This document shows, one piece after another, positions 26,741-36,700 of a stretch of DNA of 37,991 nt. Position 1 is the first letter of the stretch. Every line of letters starts with the position of its first letter. Both the position numbers and the translations under genes were made by a program. Location of the stretch: positions 1 to 37,991 of the forward strand of contig JBIOTN010000172.1 in assembly GCA_044866005.1 (NCBI GenBank). Reading direction: 5' to 3'. Source of the DNA: Candidatus Rokuibacteriota bacterium (GTDB taxonomy: Bacteria > Methylomirabilota > Methylomirabilia > Rokubacteriales > DASRDR01). The notes under the pieces are model-generated. The model made no database searches, was not told the DNA's origin, and worked only from the letters and a program-made list of their open reading frames with translations.

Positions 26741-28808
26741 GTCGCGCCCGCCGCGCGCCGCGCCGCCGATCCTCGAGTTCGACCGGGTCCGCATCTCCTA
26801 CTTCGTCCGCGCGGGCGAGGCCAACGTGATCCCGGCTCTCTCCTTCGCGCTCGCGCGCGGAGAGGCGCTCGGGCTGGTCGGCGAGTCCGGCTGCGGCAAG
26901 TCCACGGTCGCGCTCGCCATCATGCGCTACCTCGGCCCTGCCGGGCGGATCGTCGGCGGCCAGATCCGCTTCGAGGGGCGTGACCTCGGCGGGATGCGGG
27001 AGGACGAGCTGCGCGGGATCCGCGGCCGGCGGATCGCCATGATTTACCAGGACCCCATGTCGAGCCTCAACCCCGTCATGACCGTCGGCCGGCAGCTCAT
27101 GGAGGTGCCGATGGTCCACGAGGGGGTCGGCGCTGGGGAGGCGCGGGGGCGCGCGCTCCGGATGCTCGCCGAGGTGCACCTCCCCGACCCCGAGAGCGTG
27201 CTGGAGCGCTACCCGCATCAGCTCTCCGGCGGCCAGCAGCAGCGGGTCGTCATCGCCATGGCGCTGATCGCCGAGCCCGCGCTCCTCATCATGGACGAGC
27301 CGACGACCGGGCTCGACGTCACCGTGGAGGCGGCCGTCCTGGACCTGGTCCGCGCGCTCCGCCGGCGGCACAACTCCGCCATCCTGTTCATCAGCCACAA
27401 CCTCGGGACGGTCGTCGGGGTCTGCGACCGGATCGGCGTGATGTACGGGGGCGAGCTGGTCGAGGAGGGATCGATCCGCCAGGTCTTCGCCAACCCGCGC
27501 CACCCTTACACGCGGGGGCTCCTCGACTGTCTCCCCACGCTCGGGCGCGACAAGCACCACGCCCCCCTCGTCCCGATCGCGGGCCAGGTGGGCTCGCCCT
27601 TGGCCCGGCCGCCCGGCTGCGGGTTCGCCCCGCGCTGCCCGCACGTCGAGCCCGTCCGCTGCACGGCCGCGCCCATCCCGGTGGAGCCGGTGGCGGCCGA
27701 GCCCGGCCACCGCGTCCAGTGCCGCCGCGCCGCGGAGCTCGAGCCCTGGCAGCGGCGACGCATCGAGGCGGCCGCGGCCGAGCCCCGGACGGTCCCCGGC
27801 GCGACGGTCCGCGTCGGGGGCTTGCGGAAGCTCTACCGGCAGTCTCGCGGGCTCTTCGGCGCGAGCCGGACCCTCACGGCGCTCCAGGACGTCGAGCTGT
27901 CCGCGAGCGCGGGCCGGACCCTCGCCATCGTCGGGGAATCCGGCTGCGGCAAGTCCACGCTGGCGCGCGTGCTCAGCGGGCTCGTCACCGCGACGGCCGG
28001 GTCGGTCGAGCTCGGCGGGACCGAAGTCGGGCGGACCGCGATCGAGGCCCGTCCTGCCGCGCTCAGGCGGAAGCTCCAGATGGTCTTCCAGAACCCGGAC
28101 AGCACGCTGAATCCGAGCCACACGGTGGGCTACGCGGTGGCCCGCGCGCTCCGCCGGCTCCGGCGCCTCTCCGCGGCGGAGGCGCGCCGGGAGGTCGGGC
28201 GGCTGCTGGAGGTGGTGAAGCTGCCGCCCGAGTTCGCCGGTCGCAAGCCGCACCAGCTCTCGGGCGGCCAGAAGCAGCGCGTCGCCATCGCCCGCGCGCT
28301 GGCCGGCGACCCCGAGGTGATCGTCGCCGACGAGCCGGTGTCGGCGCTCGACGTGTCCGTGCAGGCGGCGATCGTCAACCTGCTCGGCGAGGTGCAGGTC
28401 GCGCGGGGGGCCGCGCTCGTGTTCATCTCGCACGACCTCGCCGTCGTGCGGTACCTCGCCGACCACGTCGCGGTGATGTATCTCGGGAAGGTCGTCGAGT
28501 TCGGCGAGGTCGAGGACGTCTTCGCGCCGCCCTATCACCCCTACACGGAGGCGCTGCTCTCCGCCGTGCCGGTGCCGGACCCGGATGCCGCGCGGCCCCG
28601 GATCGTCCTGGAGGGCCCGCTGCCGAGCGCCACCGACCTCCCGCCGGGCTGCCCGTTCAGCACCCGCTGCCCCCGCCGGATCGGCCCCATCTGCGACGAC
28701 ACGCCGCCGCCCGAGCAGCGCCTGCCCCGCGGCCACCGCATCGCCTGCCACATCCCCGCGGACGAGCTCGCGCGTCTCGACGGCGCCGGCGCCCCCGCCC
28801 ACGCCTAG
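26733..28808 (+). CDS. Fused double ABC ATPase (DppD-DppF-like)
   Basis: Two GESGCGKST, two LSGGQ, DEPT and DEPV, two HPYT plus Cys-rich C-terminal modules. Confidence 0.92.
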   Translation: MTESRPPRAAPPILEFDRVRISYFVRAGEANVIPALSFALARGEALGLVGESGCGKSTVALAIMRYLGPAGRIVGGQIRFEGRDLGGMREDELRGIRGRRIAMIYQDPMSSLNPVMTVGRQLMEVPMVHEGVGAGEARGRALRMLAEVHLPDPESVLERYPHQLSGGQQQRVVIAMALIAEPALLIMDEPTTGLDVTVEAAVLDLVRALRRRHNSAILFISHNLGTVVGVCDRIGVMYGGELVEEGSIRQVFANPRHPYTRGLLDCLPTLGRDKHHAPLVPIAGQVGSPLARPPGCGFAPRCPHVEPVRCTAAPIPVEPVAAEPGHRVQCRRAAELEPWQRRRIEAAAAEPRTVPGATVRVGGLRKLYRQSRGLFGASRTLTALQDVELSASAGRTLAIVGESGCGKSTLARVLSGLVTATAGSVELGGTEVGRTAIEARPAALRRKLQMVFQNPDSTLNPSHTVGYAVARALRRLRRLSAAEARREVGRLLEVVKLPPEFAGRKPHQLSGGQKQRVAIARALAGDPEVIVADEPVSALDVSVQAAIVNLLGEVQVARGAALVFISHDLAVVRYLADHVAVMYLGKVVEFGEVEDVFAPPYHPYTEALLSAVPVPDPDAARPRIVLEGPLPSATDLPPGCPFSTRCPRRIGPICDDTPPPEQRLPRGHRIACHIPADELARLDGAGAPAHA

Positions 28809-28812
28809 CCGC

Positions 28813-29820
28813 GTGCTGAAGCGCTCTCTCACACCCCGCAGGGCGATCCTGCGCACGACCGCCACCGTCGTCCTGGCGTGCGGCCTCCTGGGCCTCTCGC
28901 TCGCCGCGACGGCGCAGCGGGCGGCGACGCTGTCACGCGTGGGCGTGCTCTCGCCGTTCATCGGGCCTTCCGATCCGTTCGTCCGGTTCTTCCGGCAGGG
29001 ACTCCGGGACCTCGGCTATGTGGAGGGGCAGACCATCGTCCTCGAATATCGCTCTGCGGACGGGGTGGCCGACCGGCTCCCCAGCCTCGCCGCCGAGCTC
29101 GTGCGCCTCAAAGTCGATGCGATCGTCACGACGACCCCGCCCGGAGCCCAGGCCGCGAAGCAAGCCACCACGACGATACCCGTGGTGCTCGCGGGAGTCG
29201 ACGACGCAGTCGAGCAGGGGTTCGTCACGAGCCTCGCGCGGCCGGGCGGGAACATCACCGGGATCTCCTGGCTCAACCAGGAGCTCAGCGCGAAACGGCT
29301 GGAGCTTCTCAAGGAAGCGCTTCCCAAGGTTTCCCGGGTCGGCGTGCTCCGGGAAGCCGTGGGCGGCGCGGCCTCGTTGAGGGCCACGGAAGACGCGGCG
29401 CGGTCCCTGGGGGTTCGCCTTCGGGTGATCGAGGTGCGAGAGCCCGGCGAGATCGTGACTGCCTTCGCGGTGATGACCCAGGAGCGGGTCGGAGCCGTCA
29501 TGGTGCTCGAGGGTCCGATGGTCGCGAATCGGCGGGCGGAGGTCGTGGGTCTCGCCGCGCGAAGCCGGTTGCCGACGGTCTTCTCGAGCGGGAGCTCGGT
29601 GGAAACCGGCGGGCTCATGAGCTACGGTCCCCGGCTCTCCGATGCCTACCGGGCGGCTGCCGCGTACGTGGACAAGATCCTGCGCGGTGCCAAACCGGGT
29701 GACCTGCCGGTCGAGCAGCCCACGTACATCGAGCTGCGCATCAATCTGAAAACCGCGCGGGCCCTCGGGGTGACGATTCCCCGGTCGATCCTCTTGCGCG
29801 CCGACGGCGTGATCCAGTAA
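28813..29820 (+). CDS. ABC_sub_bind family substrate-binding protein
   Basis: Signal-like N-terminus; GLRDLGYVEG, LAAELVRLKVD, SLARPGGNITG, GGLMSYG, YVDKILRGAKPGDLPVEQPT, INLKTA. Confidence 0.88.
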   Translation: MLKRSLTPRRAILRTTATVVLACGLLGLSLAATAQRAATLSRVGVLSPFIGPSDPFVRFFRQGLRDLGYVEGQTIVLEYRSADGVADRLPSLAAELVRLKVDAIVTTTPPGAQAAKQATTTIPVVLAGVDDAVEQGFVTSLARPGGNITGISWLNQELSAKRLELLKEALPKVSRVGVLREAVGGAASLRATEDAARSLGVRLRVIEVREPGEIVTAFAVMTQERVGAVMVLEGPMVANRRAEVVGLAARSRLPTVFSSGSSVETGGLMSYGPRLSDAYRAAAAYVDKILRGAKPGDLPVEQPTYIELRINLKTARALGVTIPRSILLRADGVIQ

Positions 29821-29838
29821 CGGCCGGCCGGGTGGCCG

Positions 29839-30582
29839 TCACTGGACGAAGATCACCACGGGAGAGCCCTCCGGGCTGAGGTTCGCCTGCAAGAGCACGA
29901 GTGGAACCTCGCCCGGGTTGCCCCACTGGTGGACGAAATCGTAGGGCTCGTACTGAACCACGCCTGCCGGTCTCGGTTCCATCTTGCCGCCAGCCTTGAT
30001 GGTCCCGCTCCCGGCCACCACGTAGTAGAGGGCCGCCCCCGAGCGGCGATGGGGCGGATTGAGCGGTAGCTTCGGAGGGAACGTCACGCGCGTCAGGGTG
30101 AGCTCGTAGGGCCCCGGCTTCAACCCGGGAATCGGCTCCCTGCTTCGGTACAACTCGGTCACCGCCGCCGGCGCGCCCACCGTCGTCAGGCCGAGATCGG
30201 CGGCCCGGAGCAGCAGATAGTGCAGGAACGTCGTCGACTCGCTGCCGGCCGTCCTGACCATCACGCTCTTCCCGCTCGCGACGAAGAGGGCGTCACCGTT
30301 GCGGAGCGTGGTGGGCTCGCCCTCGCCGGCGACCGTCAACGCGCCCGAGAGGACATAGAGGAAGCCGTTCGGGCCGGTGAGCGTCGTCGCCTGTCCGGAC
30401 GGAAGGCTGACGCGGAGCAGCTTGAAGTAGAGCGGCGCGTCCACGACGCTCGACAGGCCGCGACTCGCGAGGACCTCGCGGACAGGCGTCGGTCTGGCGG
30501 CGCCGGGCTGACCCTGGGCGACGGCGGGTGCGGCGTGAAGCAGGGCCCCGAACATCACAGCGAGGGCGATGACGAGGGACAC
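29839..30582 (-). CDS. Exported bicupin-like protein
   Basis: GTG 30582 with RBS GGAGGAGG; signal peptide ending AVA; two cupin-like repeats (FLYVLSGAL; PPHRRSGAALYYVVAGSG...VHQWGN). Confidence 0.7.
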   Translation of the reverse strand: MSLVIALAVMFGALLHAAPAVAQGQPGAARPTPVREVLASRGLSSVVDAPLYFKLLRVSLPSGQATTLTGPNGFLYVLSGALTVAGEGEPTTLRNGDALFVASGKSVMVRTAGSESTTFLHYLLLRAADLGLTTVGAPAAVTELYRSREPIPGLKPGPYELTLTRVTFPPKLPLNPPHRRSGAALYYVVAGSGTIKAGGKMEPRPAGVVQYEPYDFVHQWGNPGEVPLVLLQANLSPEGSPVVIFVQ

Positions 30583-30625
30583 AGGCTCCTCCTCCGGCAA
30601 CGGAGACCGATCATGACCGCGCGGC

Positions 30626-30655
30626 AAAAAGGCCGGGGCCCGCGGGGGCCCCGGC
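30626..30655 (-). terminator. Rho-independent terminator after the SBP gene
   Basis: Minus strand GCCGGGGCCC-ccgc-GGGCCCCGGC followed by cTTTTT, 25 nt past the stop at 30681. Confidence 0.75.
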
Positions 30656-30680
30656 GTCCGGCTGGCGTCGGCGGCGGCCC

Positions 30681-32363
30681 TCAGCTGCCGAGCGCGAGCT
30701 GGTGGGCGAAGATGTACGACGTCGGGTGCATGCGGAAGCCTTGCAGCCGCTTGTCGTGGAAGGTGAAGACCGACCGCCAGAGCGGCTGCACGATCGGCCC
30801 GTCGTCCTGCAGGATCGTCTCGAGCTTCGCCATGAGCTCCCGCCGCTGGTTGACGTCGAGCGTGCCCTCGGCCTGGGTGAGCAGGTTGTCGAAGTCCCTG
30901 TTCGAGTACTTCGACTCGTTCCACGGCACGCCTGTCCGGTAGGCGAGGGCGTAGGTCATGACCCCCAGCGGGCGATGCGTCCAGCGGGTGAACCCGAACG
31001 GCACCTTGGTCCACACCTCCCAGTACTGGGTGGACGGGAGGACGTTGATCTTGACCCGGATGCCCGCCTCCTTCCACTGCTCGACCATGCCCTGGACCGC
31101 GACCAGCTCCCACGCGGGCTGCGGCTGGCAGGCGATCTCGACGTCGATGCCATTCGGGTAGCCCGCGTCGGCCAGGAGCCGCTTCGCCTTCGTGACGTCG
31201 CGGGGGAAGGCGGGGAGCTTCGCGTACTCGGGGTGGGTCGGGCTCACGTGATGGTGCTCCCCGGGCGAGCCCAGGCTGCGGTGGGCGAGGTGGAGGATGG
31301 CGCCGGGGTCGATCGCGTGGCGCATCGCCTGGCGCACGCGCTTGTCGTCGAACGGCTTGACCGGCTGCATGCGCGCCACCGCCGTCTGCGACGTGGTGAC
31401 CTGGTAGATCTGGACGTGCGGGAGCTTCTGGAGCGCCTCGAGCTGCACGATCGTGGCCTCGTACAGGCCGTCCACCTGCTTGCCGGCGAGCGCGCTGATG
31501 GCCGCCGCCGGGTCGTCGCCGAGGTCGATGAACTCGAGCTGGTCGAGATACGGCCCGCCGCCCCAGTAGTCCTTCCGCGCCCGGAGAACCTGCTTGCGGC
31601 CGACCTCGTTGGCGGTGAGCTCGAAGGCGCCGGTGCCGTTCGAGCCCACCTTGAACTCGCCGTTCTCCGCGGGGTCGAGGATGAGGAGCGGGTAGTGGAA
31701 GAGGTGCTCGGGGATCGCGAGCTGGGCGCTCTTGCCGTTCATCCGCACCGTGAAGTCGTCGACCTTCTGGATCGCGTTGGCGTCCCAGAGGCGCGTGGAC
31801 TTCTTCGGGTTGCCCTTGTCGTCCTTCTCGCCCGTCTCGAACTCCTCGAGGATGAAGCCCTTCATCAGCCCGAGGACCGAGGAGCCGGTCTTGGGGTCGA
31901 GCACGCGCTTGAGGTTCCACACGACGTCGTCGGCCGTGAACTGCCGGCCGTTGTGCCACTTGACGTTCCGCCGGAGGCGCAGCGTCCACGTCTTGAGGTC
32001 GGGGCTCGCCTCCCACCTTTCGAGGAGGGCCGGTCGCGTGACGTTGTCCACGCCGGTGACGGTGAGGTAATCGAGGACCTGACGCGCCGAGTTGGAGGAC
32101 TCGACCCAGCTGTAGGTGTGGGGGCTCTTGAGGTCCTGGCAGCGCATCCCGACCCGGAGCGTGCCGCCGCGCGGCATCGCGCCCTGGGCCGCCGCCTCCG
32201 GGACGAGCCGCTCGCCGGTCACCCTGCCGACGAAGGCGTAGGCCGCCGTGGCGGACATCCCGAGCAGGGTGGCCGTGCGGAGGAACTCGCGCCGGTCGAT
32301 CCGGCGCTCCACCAGCTGCCGCTTCAGCACCGGGAGGTACGCGTGTTCCCTGTCGTCTCGCAT
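30681..32363 (-). CDS. Family 5 (peptide/nickel-type) ABC substrate-binding protein with Tat signal
   Basis: DRREFL twin-arginine motif, RGGTLR, LRRNVKWHNG, FTADDV, GTGAF, PFDDKRVRQA, AKRLLADAGY. Confidence 0.9.
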   Translation of the reverse strand: MRDDREHAYLPVLKRQLVERRIDRREFLRTATLLGMSATAAYAFVGRVTGERLVPEAAAQGAMPRGGTLRVGMRCQDLKSPHTYSWVESSNSARQVLDYLTVTGVDNVTRPALLERWEASPDLKTWTLRLRRNVKWHNGRQFTADDVVWNLKRVLDPKTGSSVLGLMKGFILEEFETGEKDDKGNPKKSTRLWDANAIQKVDDFTVRMNGKSAQLAIPEHLFHYPLLILDPAENGEFKVGSNGTGAFELTANEVGRKQVLRARKDYWGGGPYLDQLEFIDLGDDPAAAISALAGKQVDGLYEATIVQLEALQKLPHVQIYQVTTSQTAVARMQPVKPFDDKRVRQAMRHAIDPGAILHLAHRSLGSPGEHHHVSPTHPEYAKLPAFPRDVTKAKRLLADAGYPNGIDVEIACQPQPAWELVAVQGMVEQWKEAGIRVKINVLPSTQYWEVWTKVPFGFTRWTHRPLGVMTYALAYRTGVPWNESKYSNRDFDNLLTQAEGTLDVNQRRELMAKLETILQDDGPIVQPLWRSVFTFHDKRLQGFRMHPTSYIFAHQLALGS

Positions 32364-32423
32364 GGGCAGGCCTCCTTCAGGTGGGGTGGGTGTCGCGGAG
32401 GGTGATCGAACGCCCTCGATCGA

Positions 32424-33464
32424 TTATCGCCATGCGTCCCGGCCCTCGCGGTAGCGCGGGGCATCGGCGGCGCGCGGCTTGCGCCCGGCCAGCTCGTCGA
32501 GCGTGCGGGTCTTCTGGATGCCCGGGTGCCGCCCCAGGTCCGCGCTCTTGGCGCTGGCCGGCGGCCGGCGCCCCAGGGCCTCGGCCATCGCCCGGACGTG
32601 GTGGGCGACCGAGCCGCAGCAGGAGCCGATGTAGTCGATCCCCAGCTCGCGGGCCCGCAGGGCGAAGTCGGCCATGTCGGCCCGGGTGAGCGTGAGGGGA
32701 TCGAGGGCCAGCGGGAACTCGGGGAGCTGGGTGAAGTGGGGCGCCTCGTCCCGCGTGCGGAAGCCGATCGGCTGGGCGGCGACGTGGCCGGAGACGGCCT
32801 TCCGCATGGTGGCGACGACCGGCAGCATGTGCTCCGGGTCGAGCCCGCAGTTCGCGCCGACGACGTCCGCGCCCTCGTCCGCCAGGATCCGCGCGGCCTC
32901 GGCGATCGGCGTCCCGTCCCCCGTCCGCTCCTCGCGGACGGTGAAGGTGACCACGGCGGGGTAGCCGGCGTCCTTGACGGCCCGGAGCGCGAGGCGGGCC
33001 TCGCCGAGATAGACGAAGGTCTCGCAGACGAAGAAGTCCACGCCCGCGGAGGCCTGGACGGCGACCTGCTCCTCGAAGAGCCGGCGCACGCGGTCGCGCG
33101 AGGCGGCGTCGTGGGGGTCGTACATCCAGGTCAGCGAGAGCGTCCCCGCGACCAGCGCCGCGTCGCCGGCGACCTCGTTCGCGATCCGGACGGCCGCGCG
33201 GTTGATGGCCTCGACCTGGTCCGCGTAGCCCGCGGTCCCGAGCTTCTCCTTGCTGGCGTAGAAGGTCAGCGCCTGGAGGACGTCGGCGCCGGCCCGGAGG
33301 AACTCCTGGTGGAGCTGGCGGAGCGCGTCGGGGTGCTCGATCGCGACCTCGGGCGTGAACGGTCCGGCCTGGACGTAGCCGCGGCGCTCCAGCTCGAGGA
33401 TGTAGCCGCCGTCCCCGAGGACGACGCCGTTGCTCAGCCGCTCCAGGATTCCCTGCTTCGCCAT
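32424..33464 (-). CDS. Betaine-homocysteine S-methyltransferase-like protein
   Basis: GDGGY, RGYVQAGPFTPE, LHQEFLRAGAD, TFYAS, Zn ligands GANC and GSCC, PEFPLAL. Confidence 0.85.
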   Translation of the reverse strand: MAKQGILERLSNGVVLGDGGYILELERRGYVQAGPFTPEVAIEHPDALRQLHQEFLRAGADVLQALTFYASKEKLGTAGYADQVEAINRAAVRIANEVAGDAALVAGTLSLTWMYDPHDAASRDRVRRLFEEQVAVQASAGVDFFVCETFVYLGEARLALRAVKDAGYPAVVTFTVREERTGDGTPIAEAARILADEGADVVGANCGLDPEHMLPVVATMRKAVSGHVAAQPIGFRTRDEAPHFTQLPEFPLALDPLTLTRADMADFALRARELGIDYIGSCCGSVAHHVRAMAEALGRRPPASAKSADLGRHPGIQKTRTLDELAGRKPRAADAPRYREGRDAWR

Positions 33465-33502
33465 GACGCCTCCGGGGGTGGGGGGGTCGTCGGTGTGTCC
33501 CG

Positions 33503-33531
33503 GTTATATGCGCTCCCGGCCGGGAACGCAA
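33503..33531 (-). promoter_or_regulatory. Sigma70-type promoter with palindromic operator, upstream of the BHMT-like gene
   Basis: Minus strand TTGCGT-N17-TATAAC; a 22-bp near-perfect palindrome at 33509-33530 covers the spacer and most of the -35 element. Confidence 0.65.
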
Positions 33532-33734
33532 GGGGAGGTGAAAGCGTCCCCCATCGAGTCCACGCGGTGGGGTCGGGCTCCTTGGCGCCGGTGAACACCT
33601 AGTCCGCCTGGTCGAGCACCACGCCGGTCGCGTGCGCCAGCCGCACCCACTCCGGCCCGCCGCGATACCGCGTCACGCGGTCCGGCGGCAGATGACCGAG
33701 CGGCGCCGGGGGCGGGAGAGGGAAGCGCGCGGCC

Positions 33735-35063
33735 CTACACCCAGGGGGAATGGCTGTTCGAGGCCCCGAAGGTCTTCCCCTCGGCGTAGCGGCCGAAGGC
33801 GAACGGCCGGAGCTCCGGGACCGTCTCGCCCATGAGGTAGCGCGCCACGAGCTTTCCGACCCCCGTCATCTTGAAGCCGTGGTTCGAGTCCGCGATCATG
33901 TAGACGTTCGGCGTGACCCAGTCGAAGATCGGCACGTTGTCCGGCGTGAAGGCGCCGATCCCGCCGTTCCGGCGCTCGCGGAAGCTCGGCCGGCACCCCT
34001 CGAAGCGCGACATCGTCTGCCCCATCGCGGCGCAGAAGTAGTCGGCGAACCAGGGATCCGCCTGGTACTCGTCGTTGGCGTGGCCGTAGGGGTCGGTGAC
34101 CGCGGTGGGGCCGAGCTTGACGGGCGTGGTGCCGCCCTGGAGGCCGGGCCGGTCCATCCGCTCGTTCCCGTTCTTGAAGTAGACGTAGGTGTAGTCCTTG
34201 ATCTCCCGGCCGGTGGCCGGATCCACGACGGGCTCCGAGGTCTCGACGTGGAGGACCGGGGGGTTCAGTCCCTGCGCGGTCAGATACGGCCGATCGTGAT
34301 AGACCTCGCCCTCGAGGAGCCGCCAGAAGGTCCACATGTCCTTGGTCACGACCGTGCCGTCGGGATAGCGGCAGTCCACCGTCGCGGGCATTCCGAGCAT
34401 GGCCCAGTGCTTCGGCGTCCAGGCGCCCAGGCCCCAGATGACGGCGTCGCAGCGGATCCGTCCCCGGTTGGTGAGGACCGCCGTGACGCGGCCCCCCTGG
34501 ACGTCGTAGCCCGTCACCTCGACGCCGCCCAGCACGGGCACGCCGTGCTGGGCGCACTTGCCGGCGAGCCCGCTGACCGCCTGACGGGTCCCCGCGTAGC
34601 CGCTGACCTTCTCGTGGAGGGCGACGCCGACGTACTTCGTGTTGAAGTCGGGCCAGAGCCGCTTCACGAACCGCCGCGCGTCGTCGCCGGCGTAGAGGTC
34701 GGAGGGATAGCCCGCGGCGTTCTGGCTCCGGTGGACGCGCTCGTAGTCGGCGAGGTTCTTCTCCTCGTCGACCGCGACGTAGCCCACCTGCTGGAAGCCC
34801 AGGGCGACCGGGTCGTACGTCCAGACGTCCACGCTGTGGCGGATGATGGCGTGGAGCGGCTCGGTCATGTAGAGGTTGCGCACGCAGCCGCAGGCGATGC
34901 CGGAGGCGCCGGCGCCGACCGCGGTCTTGTCGAGCACGACGACGTCCTGTCCGGACCCCCGCTTGCGGCGGGCCAGCTCCATCGCGAGGTGCCACCCGGT
35001 GCTGAGGCCGTGGATGCCGGCGCCGACGACGGCGTACTGGACGGAGGTGGGGATGTCGCTCAT
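33735..35063 (-). CDS. FAD-dependent oxidoreductase, DAO family (sarcosine oxidase beta / dimethylglycine oxidase-like)
   Basis: VVGAGIHGLSTGWHLA, VLDK, GASGIACGCVR, FTPDNVPI, DSNHGFKM. Confidence 0.85.
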   Translation of the reverse strand: MSDIPTSVQYAVVGAGIHGLSTGWHLAMELARRKRGSGQDVVVLDKTAVGAGASGIACGCVRNLYMTEPLHAIIRHSVDVWTYDPVALGFQQVGYVAVDEEKNLADYERVHRSQNAAGYPSDLYAGDDARRFVKRLWPDFNTKYVGVALHEKVSGYAGTRQAVSGLAGKCAQHGVPVLGGVEVTGYDVQGGRVTAVLTNRGRIRCDAVIWGLGAWTPKHWAMLGMPATVDCRYPDGTVVTKDMWTFWRLLEGEVYHDRPYLTAQGLNPPVLHVETSEPVVDPATGREIKDYTYVYFKNGNERMDRPGLQGGTTPVKLGPTAVTDPYGHANDEYQADPWFADYFCAAMGQTMSRFEGCRPSFRERRNGGIGAFTPDNVPIFDWVTPNVYMIADSNHGFKMTGVGKLVARYLMGETVPELRPFAFGRYAEGKTFGASNSHSPWV

Positions 35064-35166
35064 CGCGGTCTCCTCGTTGGCAGCGGAAACGGCGCCGCCG
35101 GTCGATCGCGGCGCGCTCGGCGGTCAGCGCGGCGAGGGCGCGCGCCGCGCGCGGGGCTAGGCTCTT

Positions 35167-36666
35167 TTAGCACCCGCGGATCGGAGGGTCAAGCCGCGGT
35201 CCGGCCGGTTCGGCTTCCGCGGGCAGGGCCTCGCCGGCCGCGAGGGCGTCGAGGAGCCGCGCCAGCGGCCGGGCGGCGCGGGCGACCCGCGCGGGCCGCG
35301 CCTCGCCAGTCGCCGCGGCGAGGAAGGCTGCTTGCCGCGTCGCGGGCTGGGCCAAGAGCCACGCCGCCGCGGCACGGCGCACGGGCGGCCCGAGAAGGCC
35401 GAGGACCTCGCGGACCAGCCGCTGCGCCAGCGGCCGGTGCGCCGCCCGGCTCAGGCCCACACGCTCTCTCGTGTAGGCACGGGCCAGCGCGCGGCCGAGG
35501 CGCACGGTATCTCCCCGCACCTCGACGAGGTCCCGCGGCACGGTCCCCCACACGATCGCGAGCGCCGGCCACACGGCGTCGATCGCGGGCGCGAGGAGCG
35601 GCGTCGCCTCGAGGGGCAGCAGCGCGCCGAGCGCCTCGCGCCAGGACGCCGGGAGCGGCGCGTCGGCTTCGCACGCCGGAGCCGACGTGGCGGGAGCCTC
35701 GACCAGCTCTCCCCGCTCGTCGAACGTGAGATGCGCCTCGAGTCGCCGGCCGAGCGCTTCGAGCCCGGCGACGTACCGGCGTCCGCCCTCGGGGTCCGTG
35801 ACCGGGCGGACCACGCGGTGCTCGCGTCGCGTGAGGCCTTGCCAGTCGGCCCGGTAGTAGAGCCGCCCTTCCCACCCGACCTTCTCCACGCCGTCGCGGA
35901 GCTGGACGTAGACCCCCGGGTCGAGGAAGAGCCGCTCGTGGGGTGCGGGCGTCCAGTCGAGCGGGGCCTCGTACGCCTCGCCGCTCTGCAGCGTGGCCTC
36001 GCCGCCCGCGGTGAAGGCGGCGAGCGGCTCGGGCGCGCCGGACGCGAAGCGGAAGGACTCGACGAGCGCCCAGAAGAGCTGCTCCGTCGGGTAGGGGCCA
36101 CGGTATCGGAGCGAGCCCCCCCGCTGATCCGCGGCCAGCGAGGCGAGGAGGTTGAGGAGGCTCGTGCCGGCCCCCGGCGGCAGGCGGTCCGGATCGGCGA
36201 GCGGCGGGATCGCCGCGATGCGGTCCCAGTCGAGGGCGCCGGAACCCGTGAGGACCTCGAGTGGTCCGCTGCCCGGCTTCCCGAGCCGGACGATCCGGTC
36301 CGCGGCGCCCCACAGCGCGTGCTCGTCGGCGCCGGGCTCGACACCCAGCCAGGCGCCGTCGACGTTCCGGACCGCCGCGCCGCGGAACGCGCCGTCGGGA
36401 CCACGGCGGACGGCGAGCGTCACGTGGCCGCGACGGTCGAGGTCGAGCAGCCGGTGGCGCAGCCGGGGGTGCGGTTCGCCGAGGTAGAGCGAGACGGAGC
36501 CGTGGAGCCGGACGATCCCGAGCGGCCGGTCGCGGTGCACCAGCCGGCGCTCCCCCGGCGCGTTCACGAGGATCGCGTCGGCGAGCCCCTGGCGCGCACG
36601 GCCGAGCTGGGCGCGATCCACCCCCAGGGCCTCGAGCCCGGCGGCGGCCCCGTCGAGGCCGGCCAC
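35167..36666 (-). CDS. Hypothetical protein (~500 aa; start uncertain)
   Basis: Long protein-like ORF directly downstream of the livF-like gene on the same strand; no family recognised. Confidence 0.65.
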   Translation of the reverse strand: MAGLDGAAAGLEALGVDRAQLGRARQGLADAILVNAPGERRLVHRDRPLGIVRLHGSVSLYLGEPHPRLRHRLLDLDRRGHVTLAVRRGPDGAFRGAAVRNVDGAWLGVEPGADEHALWGAADRIVRLGKPGSGPLEVLTGSGALDWDRIAAIPPLADPDRLPPGAGTSLLNLLASLAADQRGGSLRYRGPYPTEQLFWALVESFRFASGAPEPLAAFTAGGEATLQSGEAYEAPLDWTPAPHERLFLDPGVYVQLRDGVEKVGWEGRLYYRADWQGLTRREHRVVRPVTDPEGGRRYVAGLEALGRRLEAHLTFDERGELVEAPATSAPACEADAPLPASWREALGALLPLEATPLLAPAIDAVWPALAIVWGTVPRDLVEVRGDTVRLGRALARAYTRERVGLSRAAHRPLAQRLVREVLGLLGPPVRRAAAAWLLAQPATRQAAFLAAATGEARPARVARAARPLARLLDALAAGEALPAEAEPAGPRLDPPIRGC

Positions 36667-36700
36667 GAGGGCCGCGACATCGGGCGGCCCGTCCAGGACG

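Noticed and set aside
33465..33734. SAM or glycine riboswitch upstream of the BHMT-like gene
   Set aside because: No recognisable aptamer consensus, and the predicted promoter leaves only about 30 nt of leader.
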